Of a DNA stretch of 57,759 bases, positions 46,797 to 53,437 are shown piece by piece (position 1 is the first letter of the stretch; every line of letters starts with the position of its first letter). Where the stretch lies: NCBI GenBank assembly GCA_041494945.1, contig JBGQBP010000001.1, forward strand, positions 1-57,759, in the 5' to 3' direction. The DNA is from Candidatus Binatia bacterium (lineage in GTDB: Bacteria > Desulfobacterota > Binatia > UBA9968). The position numbers and the translations under genes are program-made. The notes beneath the pieces are model-generated. The model ran no database searches and was not told the DNA's origin. It was given only the letters and a program-made list of their open reading frames with translations.

Positions 46797-47072
46797 TTAA
46801 CGATAAACTTCCTCATGGCTCCCAATATCGAGCAGAATAATTTGCTTCTTTGGTGTCCTAAGCATCAGGGTGACACGGTAGGCGTGAGTCAAACTTACCG
46901 CGTGCAGACCTTCCAAAGATCCCTTGAGTGCATGCAACCGCAGGTGAGGTTGGAAAGGATCCGCTTCAAGGTCACGAAAGATTTTCCCTAGCTGTTTATT
47001 AAGTTCGGGGTGGGCACGACTAAATTTGGCTACGCTGCGGTCAAAGTGATGGGTCGTGACCAGCGCGTACAT
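46797..47072 (-). CDS. RelE/ParE-superfamily type II toxin
   Basis: 91 aa. ...LKGSLEGLHAVSLTHAYRVTLML....IILLDIGSHEEVYR is a RelE/YafQ-like C-terminus. ATGA overlap with the upstream antitoxin. Confidence 0.75.
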   Translation of the reverse strand: MYALVTTHHFDRSVAKFSRAHPELNKQLGKIFRDLEADPFQPHLRLHALKGSLEGLHAVSLTHAYRVTLMLRTPKKQIILLDIGSHEEVYR

Positions 47073-47335
47073 CAGTCTTCCAGACCGAGCTCCTCAATCA
47101 GCCTCTTGGCAGTGACGCGACGCACTCGTTTGGCCTTGACATCCTGGAGCGAGGCTTTGATTCTGGCTACGTAGGCTTCTTCCTGGGCTTCTACTAACTC
47201 GCGGTAATGTTCTTCATCCAAGACGACAAACGTCGGCTGGTCGTTTTTGATGATGTGAACGGGACCTTCTTTGAGCGCATCTTCGACTGCCTGTATGCCC
47301 CGCCGTTTAATCTCTCTGGCCGCTATGGTCTTCAT
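47072..47335 (-). CDS. Phd/YefM-family antitoxin
   Basis: 87 aa. N-terminal ...EGPVHIIKNDQPTFVVLDEEHYRELVE is typical of Phd/YefM. Confidence 0.75.
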   Translation of the reverse strand: MKTIAAREIKRRGIQAVEDALKEGPVHIIKNDQPTFVVLDEEHYRELVEAQEEAYVARIKASLQDVKAKRVRRVTAKRLIEELGLED

Positions 47336-47343
47336 TTCGGGTC

Positions 47344-47363
47344 TCCATTCAGTACTAAAAATG
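47344..47363. promoter_or_regulatory. palindrome CCATT-N10-AATGG (contains AGTACT) just upstream of the antitoxin start; candidate TA operator
   Basis: Read directly, 9 nt upstream of the ATG at 47335. Confidence 0.3.
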
Positions 47364-47664
47364 GTACTCTATACAGTCTTCAATTGCAAGGTTCCTTTAA
47401 GTCTGCGCTGCTTCGATCCTTCGCGCACGATCACAGACACCATCCGGCTCGGCGGGATGTTGATCGGGATCGAACCGCAACCTGATCTCGCGGAACTCTT
47501 TGAACTGTGAAAAACGGCCGCACATTTAAAGTCCCTGCGTCTGGTTACTAAACAGCCGTCAAGATAATTTGTCCCCTTTTAAGATGTTCGTCAAACCCGG
47601 GCCAGCTCAATTGTATTTATTTCCTTGGCGTTGTATGGATCAGGCGAAAGAAGGGAGGAGTCAA

Positions 47665-47817
47665 ATGACTATCGGAGCAATATCGATCGGAATCGTTCTG
47701 TTGGCAATCTGGCTTATCCTCACTGGCCTTTCATCCCTGATGCGCTTGGGAATCCCCTCTCAGGCGATGGGGATTCTGGCGCTATTAGCAGGGATCCTGC
47801 TGTTAGTCGGAAGATAG
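47665..47817 (+). CDS. small two-TM membrane protein (50 aa)
   Basis: The ATG at 47665 follows GGGAGGAG. MTIGAISIGIVLLAIWLILTGLSSLMRLGIPSQAMGILALLAGILLLVGR. Confidence 0.5.
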   Translation: MTIGAISIGIVLLAIWLILTGLSSLMRLGIPSQAMGILALLAGILLLVGR

Positions 47818-47848
47818 CTTTGGGTCGAAGAGGGGCCGGGACCAGCTA

Positions 47849-48093
47849 TCAACTCTTTTCGGGCTCTAGGCTTTCTTTTCCTAAGTCATTCGCGATTTCA
47901 CGGAATTGTTCGAGGGCGGCTTCGAGGTCTTCGACCCCTCGACGCGTTCTACGGGCCGCCCGTAGGTCCTGGCTCGGGGTCGTCCTGAGCGAGGCTGAGC
48001 GAGTCGAAGGACGACGATTTCCTGGAAGAGAACGTTGGGATCGGGAAGATTGTCGGAGTCTTCCAGGCTCTCGTCTCTGAGCCAGGAAGATAG
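47849..48093 (-). pseudogene. remnant D of the hsdM 3' end; retains the apparent natural stop but is frame-disrupted and carries an 81-bp insertion
   Basis: One frame encodes WLRDESLEDSDNLPDPNVLFQEIV. After the insertion, another frame encodes EDLEAALEQFREIANDLGKESLEPEKS-stop. It abuts the stop codon of the helicase gene. Confidence 0.65.
47935..48015. mobile_element. MITE-like insertion of about 81 bp with two internal hairpins
   Basis: Absent from remnants A and B at the equivalent position (gtcttcga|agatctcc). Contains CTACGGG-CCG-CCCGTAG and GTCGTCCT-N21-AGGACGAC. Confidence 0.5.
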
Positions 48094-48095
48094 CG

Positions 48096-51000
48096 TTAGT
48101 TCTCACCAAAGCCTTCCCTCCCCGCTTTTTCGAAAATGCGTCTTACCTTACGGGCATTTGATGGAGACGGCTCTTTCTTTTTTTCCAGATCGTGCGCAGC
48201 CCAATAGAGAATCTTGCGGTCGGCTTCTTGCAGCTTGCCGTTTTTTGATGCCCACGTGCGCAATCGGCGAAAAGTGCCAGGTCCTTTCTTGATCATCCAC
48301 TCTACGTCATCATCGGTCGGCGGAGGGGAAGAGGGGTTGTCGTGTGGGCGAGTAAAGCCATCATGTGCAAATGAACTAGCGTGTGGCTTCAACGTCTCAC
48401 CGTCAGCCTTTGGCTTTGGCCTGCTGTCATTATTCTCCGTAAAATTGTTTGCGCTTTCGCGAGGATTTTCATCCGGACTGGGAGATTCTTCCGGTTGCCA
48501 TTGTCTCCGTAGTTCCTCTGCCCGTCGGATGATACGCTCCCTGAGTTCGTTGCTTCCTGTCTCAGGACTTTCTTCAGCGGAAATTTTGTTTTCTGGCAGG
48601 ATTCCAAGAGCCTCTAACCTATGGAACACCGGCTCCAACGCTCGGTCCTCGTCGCGGAAGAAAAGGCTGCCGCGAATCCGCTCAAACGTCCAACCAAGTC
48701 TTATGAGAATTGCTTCCCGTTCAAGATCCTCTTGGAGTCTTTCGGGGCCGTGGAACTGCTCCCCGTCGCATTCGATCGCCAACCGTCGTCCATTTCCGAC
48801 GACAACCAAGTCGATGTAGTACGCGCCTGCTTGATGTTGGGGAATGACATTGTAGCCGCGTTCCATTAGACGGCGTAGAACGGCCCCTTCAAACACCTTG
48901 GAACGCGGATCGACCTTCGCGAGACGCTCCAGTAACTCGCGCTCCCATGCTTCCGGGTCGAGAGAATGCTCGATAAGTCGGCGGCGATAATCTCCAGCTT
49001 GCAGGTCAGTTTCGTGATTGAGGCTGTGAACGACCCACATCTGGTTTCGTGCTCGGCTTGCAGCAACATTGAAGCGCTTTTTAAAAATCCTCTTCGACCC
49101 TTCTTGGCGCATCGGCAGCGGCGGCTGCTCAGGTGGAGAGTCTACCACTGACAAGAACATGACATCGCGTTCGTCGCCCTGGAACTGTGCCGAATCTCCA
49201 CAAAGGATTTGCCTCCGCCGATACTCGGCGGGTTCCACCCGTTGCCGCAACACACTGTCTACTTTCAAAGCCTGCTTATTCCCTACAAGTGATATCACGC
49301 CGAAAGTCGTGGGCTTGCCCTCGTCGTTCTTTGCATACTCCGGTTGCTCAATGGCGGCACAAATCAGCGACGCGATGGTTTCGGCCTCCACCTCATTCAC
49401 GTTGTCCCCACGCTCGTGTCCGGTCTGAACTCGGTAGTGAACTACGTGCGGATTAAGCGGAACTGAGGATGCCTCGCGGAGCGGTTTGATTTCGCCTTTG
49501 TAAGAGAGATCGTTGCTAAAGGCGATGATGTCGGGCGCACAGCGGAAGTGTTCGGTCAGCCGAATCACGCTGCCGAATGACGGCTCGGCCAATTCGTAAA
49601 CTGAAGTTTCGCCATCATAAGCCAAGTGGCCCGGCACACCTGATAAGTAGGTGTTGATAAGTTTCAGAACTTCGGTCTTGTCCTGAAAAACCGTTGGTGT
49701 AACTTGCTCCTTGTCGCCAACCACGACTACCTGACATCCAAGATACAGAGCAAACAATGCTGTCGGATCGCACTGGCTCGCTTCATCAATGATCACGACG
49801 TTAAAACGAGTGTTGCGTGGGTCAAAAGTCTCTGCCACCTCGGCAAGCGGCATGATCCACACCGGAACGGCTTGCTTCGCCAGTTCCATCTCTTTTCGCG
49901 CTGCTTGGAGGAAGTGTTGATCGAGGACACCCTTCCGGCTCTTTGTCAGCTTATCACGGTACAATGCGTAATGTCCGAGCGCACGCCGCTGTTCTGACGT
50001 GACCTGACGGATTTGGTTCATCCACGTTTGCTTTTCGACAAGGTGCGCGGTGACGTCAAGAAGTTGTTGGCAGAGAGCTTCAATGCGTTGCTGCAATTGG
50101 TCGAGCGACACGCTCGCCCGTTTTTCTAACTCATCATGAAGCTGCCGCCATTCCCAAGCGGAGTAGGGGTCGCCCGGTGGCTGCGGCTTACTATGTTGTA
50201 CCAGTCGATTCTCAATCGCCGACGCCCAAGCGGGTGCCGAGCAAGCGAGACGAGCCAAAAATTCGCGCCGGTTTACCAAGTCCAATTCCAAGTTCTTTAA
50301 TCGTAAAAGTTCTTCGTATGCCGATTGATAGTCTAGGGGCGACGCATCGAGCATGGCTTGGCGCAACCGCTGGGTCGCTTGTGCTTCGGACTGACCTAAC
50401 TCTGGTACCGTCTCATACCATGCACGCAATTTTGCCAGAAGTCGCTTATGACGAAGCCAACCGGTCCGCGATTGAAGAATCGGGCCGAGGTCGCCGAGAA
50501 CCGCACGACGGATCCGGCGAAGCTCCGCGTTCTCTCCCGCCTCTGGTGCAGTTGAGTCTAGGAATACAGACCATTGAAAGCCGAGGCGCTGAAACTCATC
50601 TTCGAGCGGTTGCCATGTAACGACGTGCCATTCCAAACAATCTTGGATTTGCGGCACATACTGTTTACAGACCTGCTCTGGCTTTTCGCCCAGTTCGGAA
50701 CACGCGAGAGCACCCTGACGAGCCATCAGTTGTTCCCAGCGTGCAACCAGCTCTAAGCGAAGCTGACTCATCCGCAGCCGTGCGCGTACTGCACGCAAGT
50801 GAGTCGAATTGTTCAACTCGAAAGACCGGTTGCCAACACGAGTTTTTTCTTTGAACGCAAACCAATGGCGTTTGCTCAGCTTCGCGACCAGACCAAATGA
50901 CTTACCGGCTTCGTGATGTTGAATGATCTCGTCAACGAGCGCCAACAGTTCATGCGGAGGGCGTGGGTCGGAAACTTCCGGGCCGTGTTGTATGACCAGA

Positions 51001-53087
51001 GCATAACACTCCCCCACCTCACGCCAAGTGGACTCAATCAATTCCGCCAGCCATTCCCAAAGACGGCGGGCCTGCTCGCCGTCTCGCCCTGCTTGAATAG
51101 CGTCCAGTTGCCAAGGGGCGCTATCGCGGAGAAAATCTATCGTCTTGCTAGCCAGCTCTAACATACGGTCAAACTCGGCTAAGTCGTTCGGTTCCCGCGT
51201 AGAGTCCCAAAGCTCCTCGCGCAGGCGAAGGTTCTGGCCAGCCAACACAGTCATTTCCTCAACGGCGCTCCGAAATTCATTCGGCGTCGGCAATGTACTC
51301 AGGTCTGGCCGACTACGTGCCAATTCGCGTTCGTCAGCAAGAGCGACGCGAGCGTTGGTTTGGTAAAGCGCTACCACTTCCGCGTGGGATAGAGGCAGAG
51401 ATTCGCCGAGATTCACCGGGCTGGGAATCCAGTCATCTTTGTCGGTCCCTTGCTTCACGTGCTTGGCCGCGTCAATAGGGCGAGTTGATTTTCCGCCGAA
51501 GACCACATCCCGCACTTCATCTTGTCTTGCATCGAGAAGTCGCTTACGCGCGTCACGCAGCGCTTCAAGGATACGCGTTCGCTCTCCACGTAATCGCTGT
51601 GCGTCTCGTTCGAGAAGACGGTCATCGTCGCCCAGGCGAACGTGAATCTTCTGCACCGACGCTTGAAGCTCTTCCTGACTCTGCTTGTCGTTATGAAGAA
51701 CACTGATACAAAGCGGCTGAAGTGGCTCGACGACTTTCTCCCTAAGTACGCGCAACGCTTTGGGTGTATGGGCGGTGACGAGCACGCGCTTGCCCTGCGC
51801 TAACAAATGGCCGAGAAGATTCGCAATGGTGTGCGTTTTTCCAGTGCCGGGCGGCCCTTGCACGAGGACACAATCCCTACGAGCGAGCTGTTTGGCAATT
51901 TCAAGCTGCTCGCGATTGGCAGTCTTGCTCAAGAGAACATCGTCATCCTCGTTCCCGAACGAAAGCCCGCCGGAGTGAGATTCCTCCTGAGCGACAAGCC
52001 TCTCCTCCAGCCCAAGGATTTGAAGCAGCGAAGGCGGAAAAACATCACGGCTTGCGATATCCTCCAGCACCAAATCAAAGACATTACCCCGTCCAGTTCG
52101 CCGTGCCCGCATGAAAATCACCGGCTGGCGCATCATAACCGGGCCGCTCTGCTCTTGGTTGGCTTTCTGCTGATTAAAGAAGGATAAGTCAGGCTGCGAC
52201 GATGACACCACACTTTTACTAGCGGGCGCCAGGCCACTCTCAACGACTGTGCCGCCTGTTGGGAAAAGTCCTTGGACCAGCCGTCGAAGGAAACCGTCAG
52301 TGTCCTCGGCTCCGAGGGGCGCAAATTCCGCTTTTTTCTGCTCGTCCGCACATCTGGCAAGTTGCGAATGGTTTACTCCGGGAATGGCGCGAAGAAATTC
52401 CATGTAAAGTTCCGGAAGCTGATCACGCTTTCGGAAAATAAACTGTGGCTGCCGCTTTTCCGGATAGAATTCCAATTCCAGCTTTTGTAACAGGACGGGA
52501 TGTCGGAAGTCGCCGGCCGGATCCGAACAATAGAAAAGACCATCGCCAACTAGCAGTTCAATCTTCTCGCCTTCTCGCTCTAGGACGCCATACCATTCAT
52601 AAACGGTTTCAAAGAGAGTCAGAGTTTCTCTCGCCGGGCGCTCGTTTATTACCCACTGCTCGCGTTGCTGCTGCCATGTGTGAAAAACCGACAACCGACC
52701 AGCATCTGATTCAAACTGTTCAATACGTGTATTCCCGTCTTCGCCGATAACATTGCGCGTTGACTGGACCTCTAATTTTCCAGGATGCTCCTGCCAACCT
52801 GGTTTGAGCCAAGCGAGCAAAGCTGGAGGGGGTGACGGACACTTCGTAATGGAGGGACGACTCAAATGCAGCACGATATCTTTATCGTCCGTGTCATCGC
52901 TAGATTTACCCATATCCCAATGCAGCTCCACGGAAGAATGGGAAGGTAAGTCTTTCAGCCACAAGAAGTACGGCTGTTGAGTGATATTCCGAACTGGCGG
53001 ATAGCGAAGATCTGTGTAGGCTTTAAGGAATTCAAAAAGCTTTCTCAATCGGTCGCGTGCAGGTTGCGTGTTTGGCTGGTCGCTCAT
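48096..53087 (-). CDS. 1663-aa SF1 (Upf1/DNA2-like, AAA_11/AAA_12) helicase fused to a Vsr/DUF559-type endonuclease domain; candidate defence protein
   Basis: Walker A LVQGPPGTGKTHT (nt 51834-51857), motif II VVIIDEASQ (nt 49773-49787), TEHFRCAPDI, FQGDERDVMFLSVV, RFNVAASRARNQMWVV, and nuclease core YYIDLVVVGNGRRLAIECDGEQFH. Confidence 0.85.
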   Translation of the reverse strand: MSDQPNTQPARDRLRKLFEFLKAYTDLRYPPVRNITQQPYFLWLKDLPSHSSVELHWDMGKSSDDTDDKDIVLHLSRPSITKCPSPPPALLAWLKPGWQEHPGKLEVQSTRNVIGEDGNTRIEQFESDAGRLSVFHTWQQQREQWVINERPARETLTLFETVYEWYGVLEREGEKIELLVGDGLFYCSDPAGDFRHPVLLQKLELEFYPEKRQPQFIFRKRDQLPELYMEFLRAIPGVNHSQLARCADEQKKAEFAPLGAEDTDGFLRRLVQGLFPTGGTVVESGLAPASKSVVSSSQPDLSFFNQQKANQEQSGPVMMRQPVIFMRARRTGRGNVFDLVLEDIASRDVFPPSLLQILGLEERLVAQEESHSGGLSFGNEDDDVLLSKTANREQLEIAKQLARRDCVLVQGPPGTGKTHTIANLLGHLLAQGKRVLVTAHTPKALRVLREKVVEPLQPLCISVLHNDKQSQEELQASVQKIHVRLGDDDRLLERDAQRLRGERTRILEALRDARKRLLDARQDEVRDVVFGGKSTRPIDAAKHVKQGTDKDDWIPSPVNLGESLPLSHAEVVALYQTNARVALADERELARSRPDLSTLPTPNEFRSAVEEMTVLAGQNLRLREELWDSTREPNDLAEFDRMLELASKTIDFLRDSAPWQLDAIQAGRDGEQARRLWEWLAELIESTWREVGECYALVIQHGPEVSDPRPPHELLALVDEIIQHHEAGKSFGLVAKLSKRHWFAFKEKTRVGNRSFELNNSTHLRAVRARLRMSQLRLELVARWEQLMARQGALACSELGEKPEQVCKQYVPQIQDCLEWHVVTWQPLEDEFQRLGFQWSVFLDSTAPEAGENAELRRIRRAVLGDLGPILQSRTGWLRHKRLLAKLRAWYETVPELGQSEAQATQRLRQAMLDASPLDYQSAYEELLRLKNLELDLVNRREFLARLACSAPAWASAIENRLVQHSKPQPPGDPYSAWEWRQLHDELEKRASVSLDQLQQRIEALCQQLLDVTAHLVEKQTWMNQIRQVTSEQRRALGHYALYRDKLTKSRKGVLDQHFLQAARKEMELAKQAVPVWIMPLAEVAETFDPRNTRFNVVIIDEASQCDPTALFALYLGCQVVVVGDKEQVTPTVFQDKTEVLKLINTYLSGVPGHLAYDGETSVYELAEPSFGSVIRLTEHFRCAPDIIAFSNDLSYKGEIKPLREASSVPLNPHVVHYRVQTGHERGDNVNEVEAETIASLICAAIEQPEYAKNDEGKPTTFGVISLVGNKQALKVDSVLRQRVEPAEYRRRQILCGDSAQFQGDERDVMFLSVVDSPPEQPPLPMRQEGSKRIFKKRFNVAASRARNQMWVVHSLNHETDLQAGDYRRRLIEHSLDPEAWERELLERLAKVDPRSKVFEGAVLRRLMERGYNVIPQHQAGAYYIDLVVVGNGRRLAIECDGEQFHGPERLQEDLEREAILIRLGWTFERIRGSLFFRDEDRALEPVFHRLEALGILPENKISAEESPETGSNELRERIIRRAEELRRQWQPEESPSPDENPRESANNFTENNDSRPKPKADGETLKPHASSFAHDGFTRPHDNPSSPPPTDDDVEWMIKKGPGTFRRLRTWASKNGKLQEADRKILYWAAHDLEKKKEPSPSNARKVRRIFEKAGREGFGEN

Positions 53088-53329
53088 ATCGCTATTGTGC
53101 TGGAAATGTAATTACCCATTCGTTTTTTAGCCTCGATCACTCCCGCCGCGCTGCCGTTCACGTAGAGAAGGTAGTCCGCGAAGCCGTGACCTGTCCTCAA
53201 CGGAAAGTTACGGATAGCCAAGCCGCAAGAAGCCGAGATATTCGCTTCATTGAGATTGCGAACCTCCCAGCCGGCGCTGGCGAACATGCGGTCGATATTT
53301 TCGCGCGCTTGGTCTTCGGGTGTCGGCAT
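53084..53329 (-). CDS. 81-aa ORF equal to the N-terminal (HSDR_N-like, PD-(D/E)xK) part of a type I restriction R subunit; truncated remnant or retained small gene
   Basis: PEDQARENIDRMFASAGWEV...FPLRTGHGFADYLLYVNGSAAGVIEAKK matches my recollection of HsdR N-termini. Similarity ends right after EAKK. The stop overlaps the helicase start (ATGA). Confidence 0.55.
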   Translation of the reverse strand: MPTPEDQARENIDRMFASAGWEVRNLNEANISASCGLAIRNFPLRTGHGFADYLLYVNGSAAGVIEAKKRMGNYISSTIAI

Positions 53330-53437
53330 ATTGGAAACGTCTCTGAAGACGTAATTCTGCCATTTTACGCGAACAGCGGGGAATCTGGCAAGCGGTTTAA
53401 ATGCAGGTGATAAGGATCGGCAAGCGCCGATTTCTAA

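Noticed and set aside
47380-47520. Intact tRNA gene around the GGTTCGATCC signature
   Set aside because: No acceptor, D or anticodon arms could be paired by hand and the T-stem is incomplete. It is kept only as a low-interest possible fragment.
40595-48100. Integron-like cassette array
   Set aside because: There is no intI-type integrase. No attC-like R''/L''-L'/R' structure or GTTRRRY core was found at the junctions. The cassettes include multi-gene operons in mixed orientations.
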